Origin: Thermodesulfobacteriota bacterium
Lineage (GTDB): Bacteria; Desulfobacterota; Desulfobulbia; Desulfobulbales; SURF-16
Direction: 5' to 3'
DNA length: 64,000 nucleotides
Assembly: GCA_040755455.1 (NCBI GenBank)
Contig: JBFMAY010000002.1
Span: forward strand, 32,001 to 96,000
Position 1 is the first letter of the stretch, and every line of letters begins with the position of its first letter. The notes beneath the pieces were generated by a model. It saw only the letters and a program-made list of their open reading frames with translations. It did not search any database and had not been told where the DNA came from. The position numbers and the translations under genes were made by a program. Of this stretch, positions 19,381-29,631 are shown one piece after another.

Positions 19381-21151
19381 AGAGATAACCATCCTCTGCA
19401 TAGATGACGACCCAGCGGTCTTGAAGGTGCTGGAGAATTATTTTAACAGAATGGGGTACAAGGTCTTTCCCGCCGAAGACGGGGAAAAGGGCCTTGCGCT
19501 GTTTCACAGCCTGCGGCCGGATATCATCCTCGTTGATCTGCGCATGCCCAAGGTGGATGGCTTTCAGGTATTGCAAACCGTACGGGAAGATGCCCCGGAC
19601 ACCCCGGTGATCGTTTTCTCCGGCGAAGGCGAACGGGCGGACGTCATTCAGGCCCTTCGTTTAGGCGCCTGGAATTACTTCACCAAATCCATTGACAACT
19701 TCGCCTTTATCGAGCACTCGGTGCAACAGGCCCTGGATAAGGCGCGCCTTATCCGGGAAAACAAGGCCTATCAGCAAGGGCTTGAGAAAAAGTTTTTCAC
19801 CCTCATCGAGAATTTCGCCGGTTTTATTTTCACCATAGATCATGATTTCCGCATCACCTACATGAACCCGGCGCTCATCACATATCTGGGGCATGACGCC
19901 ACAGGGGAGAAATGCCATAAGGCTCTTTTCGGCTTTGACGGAGCATGTCAATGGTGCAGTCCGGATCTGCTCCTTTACGGCCAGGGCCACAAACGGGAAA
20001 TACAGAATCCGCAGGACGGCAGATGGTATTACGCGGTTCATGCCCCGATGGTAAACGAGAGCGGCCAGGTCACAGAAATACAGGTCATCCTCAACGACAT
20101 TACTGAACGGAAAAAGACCGAACTTGAGCTGCGGGAACGGGAAGAATACCTGCGCAAGGAAAATATCCTTCTCCGCTCCTCCCTGGCCGACCGGTATAAA
20201 TTCGGCTCACTGGTCGGTAAAAGCAAACCCATGCAGGAGGTCTACGAGGCCATTATCAACGCCGCCGCCTCCGATGCAGGCGTCATTATTTACGGCGAGA
20301 CGGGAACCGGCAAGGAACTGGTTGCCAGGGAAATCCACGAAAACAGCGACCGGAAAAACAGCGACATGGTCTATGTCAACTGCGGGGCGATCCCTGAAAA
20401 CCTCATCGAAAGTGAATTCTTCGGCTACAAGAAAGGAGCCTTTACCGGCGCAAGCAAAGACAAACACGGCTTTCTTGATCTGGCGGACGGCGGCACCCTT
20501 TTCCTGGACGAGGTGGGAGAAATCCCTTTAAACATGCAGGTAAAACTCCTGCGAGCCCTGGAAGGCGGGGGATATGCCCCGGTCGGCGGCACGGAGCGGA
20601 AGAAGCCCGATATCCGTATCATTGCCGCCACCCACCGTGATCTGAAAAAGGCGGTCAAGCAAGGGATGATGCGTCAGGATTTCCTTTACCGCATCCATAT
20701 TATCCCCATCCATCTCCCTGCCCTGCGCGAGAGAAAGGAAGACATCCCCCTGCTGGTGGAACATTTCCTCACGCAATATGCCCCTGACAAGGTCCCTCCC
20801 ATCACTGCCAAGATACACCGGGCGTTGCAGAACTATGACTGGCCCGGCAATGTGCGGGAGCTGCACAATACCATCAACCGGCTGGTAACCTTGAAAAAAC
20901 TCGATTTCATGGGACTGGATCTCATCGAACAGTCGCCTGAGGATAAGGACACCAACGCCATCCACCTTGACTATCAAGGAAAGTCACTCAGCCTGATCCT
21001 GGAAGAACTGGAAAAAGAGGTTCTGCTGAAAATTCTTGCCCAGGCAGACTGGCGCCAGGGCAAGGTCGCCGAATCACTGCGGATTGACCGGAAAACCCTT
21101 TACCGCAAAATGAAACAGTTCGGCATCGACCGGGCATCCTTAAAAAAATAG
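19373..21151 (+). CDS. sigma54-dependent activator (REC-PAS-AAA-HTH)
   Basis: Receiver, PAS, GETGTGKE, GAFTGA, WPGNVREL, Fis-type HTH. Confidence 0.93.
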   Translation: MGKEITILCIDDDPAVLKVLENYFNRMGYKVFPAEDGEKGLALFHSLRPDIILVDLRMPKVDGFQVLQTVREDAPDTPVIVFSGEGERADVIQALRLGAWNYFTKSIDNFAFIEHSVQQALDKARLIRENKAYQQGLEKKFFTLIENFAGFIFTIDHDFRITYMNPALITYLGHDATGEKCHKALFGFDGACQWCSPDLLLYGQGHKREIQNPQDGRWYYAVHAPMVNESGQVTEIQVILNDITERKKTELELREREEYLRKENILLRSSLADRYKFGSLVGKSKPMQEVYEAIINAAASDAGVIIYGETGTGKELVAREIHENSDRKNSDMVYVNCGAIPENLIESEFFGYKKGAFTGASKDKHGFLDLADGGTLFLDEVGEIPLNMQVKLLRALEGGGYAPVGGTERKKPDIRIIAATHRDLKKAVKQGMMRQDFLYRIHIIPIHLPALRERKEDIPLLVEHFLTQYAPDKVPPITAKIHRALQNYDWPGNVRELHNTINRLVTLKKLDFMGLDLIEQSPEDKDTNAIHLDYQGKSLSLILEELEKEVLLKILAQADWRQGKVAESLRIDRKTLYRKMKQFGIDRASLKK

Positions 21152-21341
21152 GGCATTCATGCCCCTTGCTGACCGGACTTGCCCCTTTCCGTAAAATATC
21201 ACTATTATTAACCAGTTAAATCAATACCCCCTCTTAACAGAGGGCGCTAATGCCCCAATTCCTCCCTTCCCGCAGTACCGCTCCGTTGCCACCTGCTCAA
21301 TAAATACTATAATTTCAGCATATTATGGCAAATATTTCCAT

Positions 21342-21357
21342 TGGCACGCTTTTTGGT
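21342..21357 (+). promoter_or_regulatory. sigma54 -24/-12 promoter (imperfect -12)
   Basis: TGGCACG-CTTT-TTGGT, ~60 bp before the receiver gene. Confidence 0.6.
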
Positions 21358-21418
21358 ATTACTTGTGTATGTGGTTGCTACGCAGGTTTTTATTCCTTTC
21401 TGAACGGAGGACAGGATA

Positions 21419-21856
21419 ATGGATGCGGCTTTCAGACAAACAGAGACACAGACAATTTTACCGGGCCGGCAATTAACCGCGCTGATCGTCGATGATGATG
21501 AACAGATCCAGCGCATGCTGCGCCGTGTTTTCGGCCAATGCAAGTTTGCTGTGGACATTGCCCCAACATGCAAGGAGGCCTTGGGTAAAGCAGGGGCCCG
21601 CACTTACGATCTCGCCCTGCTTGATGTTAACCTCACTGACGGCAACGGGCTGGATCTCATTGAGCCGATCAGAAAATTCTCCCCGCAAATTGAAATCGTT
21701 TCCATGACCGGTGACAACCCGCGATCACTGGAGGCAGAGGCGAGAAAGCACAAGGTCGCCTACCATTTGCTCAAACCGGTCGATTTCCAGGAACTCATTT
21801 CCATACTCATGCATATCGCCAGGAGAGCACAAACCCTAAACCTTGTCTACAATTGA
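21419..21856 (+). CDS. Single-domain response regulator
   Basis: IVDDD, LLDVNL, MTG, LLKP. Confidence 0.9.
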   Translation: MDAAFRQTETQTILPGRQLTALIVDDDEQIQRMLRRVFGQCKFAVDIAPTCKEALGKAGARTYDLALLDVNLTDGNGLDLIEPIRKFSPQIEIVSMTGDNPRSLEAEARKHKVAYHLLKPVDFQELISILMHIARRAQTLNLVYN

Positions 21857-21876
21857 TACCATACCAGGGAGTTGAC

Positions 21877-23457
21877 ATGTTCAGCATCAATAAGCTCAAA
21901 CTGTCGGTGCGGATGTTTATTATCGGTGCAGTCACCGTCATGACCTTTACCGGCCTCCTGACGGCAGGGTACCTCGAACTCAAGCATGAAAAATATGATG
22001 CGAAGAACGTGAAGACCCAGCAGGTGGTCGAAACCGCCTGGGGGGTGATCGACCACTATGCCAAACTGAGCAGTGACGGCAATCTTTCCGTTGAACAGGC
22101 CCAGGCCGCGGCAAAAACCGCCATCAGGCATCTGCGCTACGGGAAAATTGAATATTTCTTCATCAATAGCACAAGCGGACAGAGTATCATGCATCCCATG
22201 AAACCGGAACTGGAGGGACAGGATCTGAGCGGCATGGCTGACAGCAAGGGCAAGAAACTTTTTGCCGAAATGGCGGATGTCTGCCGGAAAAACAAAAGCG
22301 GTTTCGTCGATTATTACTGGGAGAAGCCGGGGGAAAAAGTGGCTTCAGCGAAAATCTCCTTTGTCAAGCTGCACCCGGCCTGGAACTGGTTCATCGGTTC
22401 CGGGATTTATGTTGATGATGTGGAAAAAGAACTGGCCCGGACCTCCTGGGCCATGCTGCTCGGCGGTTCCTTGCCGCTGGGCACTTTGCTGCTCCTCGGT
22501 TTTGTTGTCACCCGGTCCATCGTCAAACCGCTTCATCAGATAACTGCGGAACTCAACAGAGCCGCCATAACCGTTGCCGATGCCTCCAGTCAGGTGGCCG
22601 GCAGCAGCCAGCTCCTTGCCGAAGGAACCGCGGAACAGGCTGCCGCCCTTGAAGAGAGCTCTTCCTCCCTGGAAGAGCTGTCCTCCATGACCAAGCAGAA
22701 TGCCGGCAATGCCCGGGAAGTGGACGTCCAGATGACGGAAACAAAAAATGTAGTCAGCCGCTCCAACGAATCCATGACGGAATTAACCGTGGCCATGCAC
22801 GACATTGCCTCCGCAAGCCAGGAAACCCAGAAGATCATCAAGACCATTGATGAGATTGCCTTCCAGACCAACCTCCTGTCCCTCAATGCCGCCGTTGAAG
22901 CAGCCCGCGCCGGAGAAGCGGGTGCCGGCTTTGCCGTTGTGGCCTCTGAGGTGAGAAATCTTGCCCTGCGGGCCGGTGAAGCGGCGAAAAATACCAGTGA
23001 ACTGATTGAAAAATCGGCAAGAAGAATCCATCACGGCTCGGAACTGGTGAAAAAATGCAATGTCAACCTTGCCGAAGTTTCCCAGGGCGCGGAAAAAGTG
23101 CATAAACTGGTCAATGAGATCGCCACTGCTGCCGTGGAACAGGCCAAGGGTATCAACCAGATCAGCACAGCCGTCAGCGAAATGGACAGTGTCACCCAGA
23201 CCAATGCCGCCAACGCCGAAGAGTCAGCCGCTGCTTCGGAGGAACTCAATGTCCTGTCCGGCCAATTACAGGATACGGTAAAAAAACTGGAAAAAATTGT
23301 TGACGGCCAAATCACTGCAACAAGAAGGGCTCAGCCGCACGGTCTTAATAAAACCGCAGAGCAGAAGGCAGGACAGCCGGGAAAGAGTCTCGCAGCCCCG
23401 GACCAAACCAGACACATCAGAACCTTGAATCATCAGACTTGTGAAAATGCCTTTTAG
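21877..23457 (+). CDS. Methyl-accepting chemotaxis protein with Cache sensor domain
   Basis: TM-Cache (YFFI...MHP...Y.W.KPG...K.SFV)-[25 protein letters not shown]. Confidence 0.95.
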   Translation: MFSINKLKLSVRMFIIGAVTVMTFTGLLTAGYLELKHEKYDAKNVKTQQVVETAWGVIDHYAKLSSDGNLSVEQAQAAAKTAIRHLRYGKIEYFFINSTSGQSIMHPMKPELEGQDLSGMADSKGKKLFAEMADVCRKNKSGFVDYYWEKPGEKVASAKISFVKLHPAWNWFIGSGIYVDDVEKELARTSWAMLLGGSLPLGTLLLLGFVVTRSIVKPLHQITAELNRAAITVADASSQVAGSSQLLAEGTAEQAAALEESSSSLEELSSMTKQNAGNAREVDVQMTETKNVVSRSNESMTELTVAMHDIASASQETQKIIKTIDEIAFQTNLLSLNAAVEAARAGEAGAGFAVVASEVRNLALRAGEAAKNTSELIEKSARRIHHGSELVKKCNVNLAEVSQGAEKVHKLVNEIATAAVEQAKGINQISTAVSEMDSVTQTNAANAEESAAASEELNVLSGQLQDTVKKLEKIVDGQITATRRAQPHGLNKTAEQKAGQPGKSLAAPDQTRHIRTLNHQTCENAF

Positions 23458-23583
23458 CATTTTCGTGGCGGGGCGGCTGGCGGCATGGGGCAGTAAACAG
23501 TGTCGCGTGACAGCTTTATCAGGAGCCGTCACTGACAACCAGACGACGATATTATTTTATTACAACGGGTTAGCAGGTTCAGT

Positions 23584-24930
23584 TCAAGAGGCTGTTGCGC
23601 TGCCGCCATCCGCAGAATCCGGCCCAAGGTTTTTCCTCTCTTTTTTGCACAGGTACATCGCCTTATCGGCCATGGCGAGGAATTCCTCCACCGAACAAGG
23701 ATGTTCCGGATCATAGCGGACAATGCCCACGCTCATCGACAGCTGATAACCGCGGCCTGGCTGGTGGTTTCTTGCCGCAATCTGCTGTTCAAGTCTGTGC
23801 CGGACAGGATGATTGCAGCATGGCTCAAAGGTGCTGAACATGAGGACGGCGAATTCGTCTCCCCCCAATCGGCCGATGCCCAGCACGTCGGATTTACGGA
23901 AGGTGCTTTTCAGCACGTCCGCCGCCTCAACCAGGGCCTGATCCCCGGTTTCATGGCCCAGGCTGTCGTTGATCATTTTCATGTTATCGAGATCGGCATA
24001 CAGCAGATACAGAGATCGGTCTACCCGGTCGACCAGCTGAAGATGTTTTTTCGCCTCGGCAAGAAAGCCCCGCCGGTTCAACAAACCGGTGAGTTCGTCG
24101 GTAACGGACATCTCTTTGAGCATGTTCTCCATTTTCTTGTGTTGGGAGATATCGCGGAACCCCTCAACAATGCCTATCAACTCACCTTTATTATTGTAAT
24201 AGGGAAAGGCTGTGATGACACAGGGGAAGACTCTGCCGTCCTTTCGTGTTAATGTCTTTTCGTTTTCAAGATTGGCCGCTCCACCCAGAATCTTTACCAA
24301 TGAACAATCCGGGGTATGGCAGAAGATATTCACAAAGGCCTCATGGCAAGGCATGCCGATCAACTGTTCCTCGGCAACCCCGGCCATCTGAGCAAAGGTG
24401 CGATTGACGCGCCGCATGATGAAATGCTTATCGACAACCCGTACGCCCTCGGCAGCGCAATTCAATATCTGCAGCAGTTCCGCGTTGACATTCTCCAGGG
24501 CCGCGGCAGACTTCCGGCGCTCGCCAATCTCTTGTTCAAGCTCGGCCAAGGCCTGCTGCAGCTGCAAGGTCCGCTCTTCCACCCGGATTTCCAGCTCATC
24601 GTGGGCGCCCCGCAAAAGCCGCTCGCCTTCTCTTATCGTCGCGATGGTATTTTCGCTGAGATTAATGATCAGAAAAACAAAGAGAGCGCCGCCGAAAAAG
24701 ACAATGCCGGTGACAAGCTCCGCGGGCAGGTCAATCTGTTTCAGCTGTCCCACGATAAAAACAAGATAGCCACAGAGGAAGAACAGCATCAGGCCGATCA
24801 GCACCTTCCATCTCGCCAGAAAGGCACCCGGCACCCCTTTCAGCATGTGCAGGCTGAAATAAATTGAGGATAACAAAAAACCCGCGCCAACAAACACCAG
24901 AATGATTGACAGAATTTGCGAGGTATTCAT
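23584..24930 (-). CDS. Membrane-bound PAS-GGDEF diguanylate cyclase
   Basis: 3 TMs, PAS, DELTGLLNRR, intact GGDEF. Confidence 0.93.
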   Translation of the reverse strand: MNTSQILSIILVFVGAGFLLSSIYFSLHMLKGVPGAFLARWKVLIGLMLFFLCGYLVFIVGQLKQIDLPAELVTGIVFFGGALFVFLIINLSENTIATIREGERLLRGAHDELEIRVEERTLQLQQALAELEQEIGERRKSAAALENVNAELLQILNCAAEGVRVVDKHFIMRRVNRTFAQMAGVAEEQLIGMPCHEAFVNIFCHTPDCSLVKILGGAANLENEKTLTRKDGRVFPCVITAFPYYNNKGELIGIVEGFRDISQHKKMENMLKEMSVTDELTGLLNRRGFLAEAKKHLQLVDRVDRSLYLLYADLDNMKMINDSLGHETGDQALVEAADVLKSTFRKSDVLGIGRLGGDEFAVLMFSTFEPCCNHPVRHRLEQQIAARNHQPGRGYQLSMSVGIVRYDPEHPCSVEEFLAMADKAMYLCKKERKNLGPDSADGGSATAS

Positions 24931-25164
24931 CTTGGGGATTATTACATGTTATCCGTTTTGTGGGAGGGGTATGCCGCAGCCTGGGGACAAATTCACTTTT
25001 TTGCACCTGTACAAAGATTACTGATACTGATGCGGCAAGTAAAGTTTTTTCCAGGACAAAGCAAGCATAACTGCGAGAACCCGTGTAACCGCAGGTGGCT
25101 GGAACCGATATTGAAAAGGATTGGCAAAAAACCGTGTCTTGCGGCGGCTCTTTTTCCCGGCTGT

Positions 25165-26220
25165 TCAATAGAGACGACGAAAGGCGGAGGCTTTGATCAC
25201 GGCGATCACCTCCGCGCCTTCCCTGATCCCCAGTTCGCGGACCGACTCCGGTACGATCTGACAGACCAGGCGCCCGCCGCTGCAGGCCAGCTCGACCCCG
25301 ATCCGGTTGCCGGCGCCGAACATGCCGGCAACCCGGCAGGGAAGAAGATTCCGGGCGCTGCTTGCCTCGGGATCGCGCTTGAACAGGGTGATATCCTTGG
25401 CGGCAAGCTCAAAGACGTTATCGTCCGCCGCTCCGGACTCGGTCAGGACAAGTTCGACTCGTCCCCAGCGGTGGAGCCAGAGATCCCCCCGTGGCCGGGG
25501 GCTGCTTAAGGTCAGCAGGTTGGCATAGCCGCGGCTGCCCGTTACCAGGCTTCTGCGCGCCAGCTCCTCGGCCGGCAGACGCTGTTGCACCTTACCCCCC
25601 TCAAAAACCAGCACCTCATCGGCCATTAACCGCATTTCATGCAGGGAATGGCTGATAAAGAGCAGCGGCAGGGCAAATTCGCTGAAAACCTTCTTCAGAT
25701 AGGGGATGATCTGATATTTCAGCTCTTCATCCAGCCCGGTCAGCGGCTCATCCATGAGAATGAGACGCGGGCAGGCGAGCACGGTGCGGCCCAGGGCCAC
25801 CCGTTGCCGCTCACCGCCGGAAAGCGAATTGACACCCCGGTCCAGCAGGTGGTCAAGCTGCAGCACCCTGGTGAGCGCCTCCGGATTGATCCGGCGTTCC
25901 TGCTCGGGCGTGCGCTTCCAGCCATAGAGCAGATTGCGGCGCACGTTCATATGGGGGAAAAGATGGGCGTGCTGGAAAACCACGCCGATGCGACGCTTCT
26001 CCGGGGGCACGTTGATGTGGCGGGCCGAATCAAAAAGGGTTTCACCAGCCAGCTCGATCCTGCCTTCATCCGGCTCAAGCAGGCCGGCCAGCAGATGCAT
26101 GAGGGTTGATTTCCCGCTGCCGGAAGGCCCGAAGATGCCGCAGCGCTTTTCCGTCAGCGCAAATGCCGCGTCAAGGCTGAATCCACCGTAATTCTTGCGC
26201 ACCGAGACATCAAGGTTCAT
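25165..26220 (-). CDS. modC: Molybdate ABC transporter ATP-binding protein
   Basis: GPSGSGKS, LSGGERQR, C-terminal TOBE (SARN...IKAS). Confidence 0.93.
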   Translation of the reverse strand: MNLDVSVRKNYGGFSLDAAFALTEKRCGIFGPSGSGKSTLMHLLAGLLEPDEGRIELAGETLFDSARHINVPPEKRRIGVVFQHAHLFPHMNVRRNLLYGWKRTPEQERRINPEALTRVLQLDHLLDRGVNSLSGGERQRVALGRTVLACPRLILMDEPLTGLDEELKYQIIPYLKKVFSEFALPLLFISHSLHEMRLMADEVLVFEGGKVQQRLPAEELARRSLVTGSRGYANLLTLSSPRPRGDLWLHRWGRVELVLTESGAADDNVFELAAKDITLFKRDPEASSARNLLPCRVAGMFGAGNRIGVELACSGGRLVCQIVPESVRELGIREGAEVIAVIKASAFRRLY

Positions 26221-26906
26221 CGTCTTGCCCTCTGTCTGAATTGGCGGGAGACGGATTCATTTGCCAGCAGGACGACAAAGGAGATGCCGATGGAGACCAG
26301 ACACAGGGACAGGGCCATGCGGTCGCCCCCGGGCGTGTTGGTGTACTCATAGATGGCCAGGGGAATGGTCTGGGTGACTCCTGGAATATTGCCGGCCAGA
26401 ATAATGGTGGCGCCGAACTCCCCAAGGCTTCTGGCAAACATCAGCGTCATGCCGGCCAGCACGGCCCGGCCGGACAGGGGGGCAATGATGGTGAGCAAGG
26501 TGTCCCACCTGCAGGCGCCCAGGGTGCGTGAGGCCTGCAGGTAGCGCTCATCAATGTCTTCCATGCCGGTGCGGATGGAACGCACCAGCAGGGGAAAGCC
26601 GACCACCGCCGAGGCAATGACCGCCCCCTTGAGGGTAAAGATGACGCGGATGCCAAGCGACTGGAAGAGCGGACCCAGCACCCCTGATTGCCCGAAGAGC
26701 AGCAGCAGCAGATAGCCCACCACCACCGGCGGCAGCACCAGGGGGAGATTCACCAATCCCTCGACCACGGCCTTGCCCGGCAGGCGCACAAATACCAGGA
26801 GATAGGCCACACCAAAGCCGAACGGCACCGATAACAGGGTCGCCGCGGTGGCGACCTGGGCCGACAGCCAGATTGCCTGCATATCCTGGGGAGCAAGGGT
26901 CAGCAT
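26217..26906 (-). CDS. modB: Molybdate ABC transporter permease
   Basis: LPLVLPPVVVG, FARSLGEFGAT. Confidence 0.95.
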   Translation of the reverse strand: MLTLAPQDMQAIWLSAQVATAATLLSVPFGFGVAYLLVFVRLPGKAVVEGLVNLPLVLPPVVVGYLLLLLFGQSGVLGPLFQSLGIRVIFTLKGAVIASAVVGFPLLVRSIRTGMEDIDERYLQASRTLGACRWDTLLTIIAPLSGRAVLAGMTLMFARSLGEFGATIILAGNIPGVTQTIPLAIYEYTNTPGGDRMALSLCLVSIGISFVVLLANESVSRQFRQRARR

Positions 26907-26950
26907 AATTCAGTCTCCTGCAGATGTCATTACAGCTTTCGTGCCGCCAT

Positions 26951-27736
26951 TCAACGGCCGCCTGCCGCCTGGCCCGCTGTTGTGGCGCCAAAGCCGTATT
27001 TTTCAAGAATCTTCATGGCGTCAGGGCTTGCAAGAAAATCATAAAAAACGCGGGCCGCACTGTTTTTCTCCCCCTCGACCGTAAGCCCCACAGGATAGGA
27101 AATGGGGTCATGCAGATCAGCCGGTACCGTATAGAGAATGACCGCCTTGGTAGCCAACAGCGCATCGGTGCGGTAGACAAAGGCGGCATCCACCTCGCCC
27201 CGGTCGGCATACAGCAGGGCCTGGCGCACATCCTGGGCCATCACCAGTTTCTTTGCCGCTGCTAACCTTTCATACACCCCTGCCAGCCGCATGGCCTGCT
27301 CGGCATACTGACCCGCCGGCACACTCCGGGGACTGCCGATGGCAATCCGCTGCATGGCGTCCAGATCACTGAGAGCGTTGACGGACACCGTTGGCGGGCC
27401 GACAAGCACCAGGGTATTTTTGGCCAGATCACGCACCGTTGGCGGGGCAATTTTCCCTTCCTTTTCCAGGTAGGTCATCCATTCGGCATTGGCCGAAATA
27501 AAAAGATCGGCCGCCGCGCCCTGGACAACCTGCTTGGCCAGGGCGCCGGAGGAACCGAAATTGGGCAGCATGGCCACCCCGGGATGGCCGGCCACAAAGG
27601 CCGCGTCAAGCTCCTTGAACACATCGGTCATGCTAGCCGCCACCGACAGGTGCACCTCGTCGGCGGCCTGGGCCGGCAGAATAAAAAAAACAAGCAACTG
27701 CGCCAGCGATAGCAGCACCGCAAATCCACTTTTCAT
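26951..27736 (-). CDS. modA: Molybdate ABC transporter substrate-binding protein
   Basis: AASMTD, FGSSGAL, VPAGQYA, VYRTDA. Confidence 0.95.
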   Translation of the reverse strand: MKSGFAVLLSLAQLLVFFILPAQAADEVHLSVAASMTDVFKELDAAFVAGHPGVAMLPNFGSSGALAKQVVQGAAADLFISANAEWMTYLEKEGKIAPPTVRDLAKNTLVLVGPPTVSVNALSDLDAMQRIAIGSPRSVPAGQYAEQAMRLAGVYERLAAAKKLVMAQDVRQALLYADRGEVDAAFVYRTDALLATKAVILYTVPADLHDPISYPVGLTVEGEKNSAARVFYDFLASPDAMKILEKYGFGATTAGQAAGGR

Positions 27737-28611
27737 GACATTTCTCCCTCTTCACATTATTGTGCAAATCCTGCTGAAAAACCTTCATAACGGACATCTC
27801 TCTTCAGTTGCCGCCCAGAATGACGCGGAAAGCCTTGATGATGGCAGGGGCTTCTCCCCCGCGCCTTGGCCGCCTGATTGATGGAGCCGCAGGCAGCTCT
27901 TTTTTTCAGACAGGGATGGGGCCGAATTTTCACTGCCGGCCAGGCAGCAGAAGGCGCACTCCATCAAATATTGCGGCTGCCCCTGTCGTCTCTTGCTATG
28001 CATCGGTTAAGGCTATCGAATAAATCGTTATTATAAATAACAATAAGGCTTAATAAAACAAGACGGCTTTGTCAAGCAGGGGAGCAAGGCCCATGCCAGC
28101 AGATTGCCGGGGATTCCCCGCCTGCCGCGGATCCTTTTCTTTTCCCGGTTTTCTTGGGGGCCGGGGGATATGGAGATTTTTTCCGCCAGACAAAATGAAA
28201 ATTTATGTACAGAGCGGGCCAGGCATTCAGACAAAAATGTCACATGTGACACACAATTGTCATCCATGCCACAAAATTGACAGGAACAACCTGGCAAATC
28301 ACTATCGCAAAGCAACCACGGGGTGGACCCACTTAGCGGTATCTCACGACCCTCTTTTAATCCAAATAGTTACCTTGAATATTTTTTACACCTGGCAAAT
28401 ATAATCCTTGAAAAAGACATCCGGACCCAGTAGTAATAAATAACAGTGAAGAGTTCGGCGCTCTGCAACCCCTCAGTGCTGAAAAGGCAAACCTTGCCGC
28501 GCGGCTTATTTTTCAGCACGAAACCATGTGACACGAACGCTGCGCCCAGCATTCCGCCGGGAAATTTTCCCCATTATTTTCAGGAGCAGCTAAGATGTGA
28601 AGTAAGACCCT

Positions 28612-29034
28612 ATGCCCACCACCTATGAATTTGATCCAAACAGCGGCATCTTGCATTCATACCATTCCGGCAGACAGACCGTTAACGATGTTTGCGATTA
28701 TTTCACGGCGGTCACCAACGATCCAACCATCAAAGAAGGGTATATTGAGGTCGTTCATTTCGCCGATGATATTGAGTTCGATTTTACCAGCCACACCGCC
28801 CGAATAATTCCAATTCGCTTCTCGGAACTGAAAAATAAAAAAGACATAAAGGTCACTATCTTCATCGGTGCGACCCAGCTGCAATACGGTATCGCGAGGA
28901 TGATGAAAAATCTTCATGCGCTCTTCGACCCGTCAGATGACATCCGGGTGGTGCGCACCCCGGCGGAAGCCCAAAGAGAGATCAACAGCATCATCCTGAC
29001 GCCAGGGAATTTAGCCAGGATTGCCCGCTGTTAA
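28612..29034 (+). CDS. Hypothetical protein (possibly STAS/SpoIIAA-like fold)
   Basis: 140-aa ORF with 'LQYGIARM' and 'VVRTPAEA' patterns. Confidence 0.6.
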   Translation: MPTTYEFDPNSGILHSYHSGRQTVNDVCDYFTAVTNDPTIKEGYIEVVHFADDIEFDFTSHTARIIPIRFSELKNKKDIKVTIFIGATQLQYGIARMMKNLHALFDPSDDIRVVRTPAEAQREINSIILTPGNLARIARC

Positions 29035-29631
29035 ACAAAAAACGCCCGCTATTCCATAGCTCACGCGCAACTCCCCCCCAATCAGGCGCAATCGCCTCCT
29101 GCTCGTAACCCCTTCCCCATTAATCAATATTCTGTTATTCTATATCATTGCTGACAGCCAGCCATCTTCCGTTAAACATCATGCGGCAAATCAGCAGCAA
29201 CCCCTGGAGGTCATGCCATTTTTGCATCAGACCGATATATTTGTGTCTCCTTGCAGATCTTTGACGTTTTTTAAGTTGCCGACATGCGCCACATAAACTA
29301 TTTTCACTGTGTCATGCGCCAGAATGCCTTGCCGGCATGACAACAATATCACCGGGCATGAAAGAGACACCCGGGCAGCAAAACCGCAGCCACACCCCGC
29401 AGGGGAGGCGTATTTTGCAGGAGCTCCCGGAACCTTGCCAAGTTGGGCATGACACTGCCAACTACTTGTGACTGACCGATTTTTTATTATAAGAAACGGA
29501 TAGGGGAAGAAATAACCAGGAAAACCACATGACAAATCCTGGCCGGTGGTTATGGATTTACCATGATTGCAGCGTTTGGTGCCGGTGATGCCGTTATCTC
29601 CCAATCCAGCGTTAAACAAGTGTGAAAAAAC

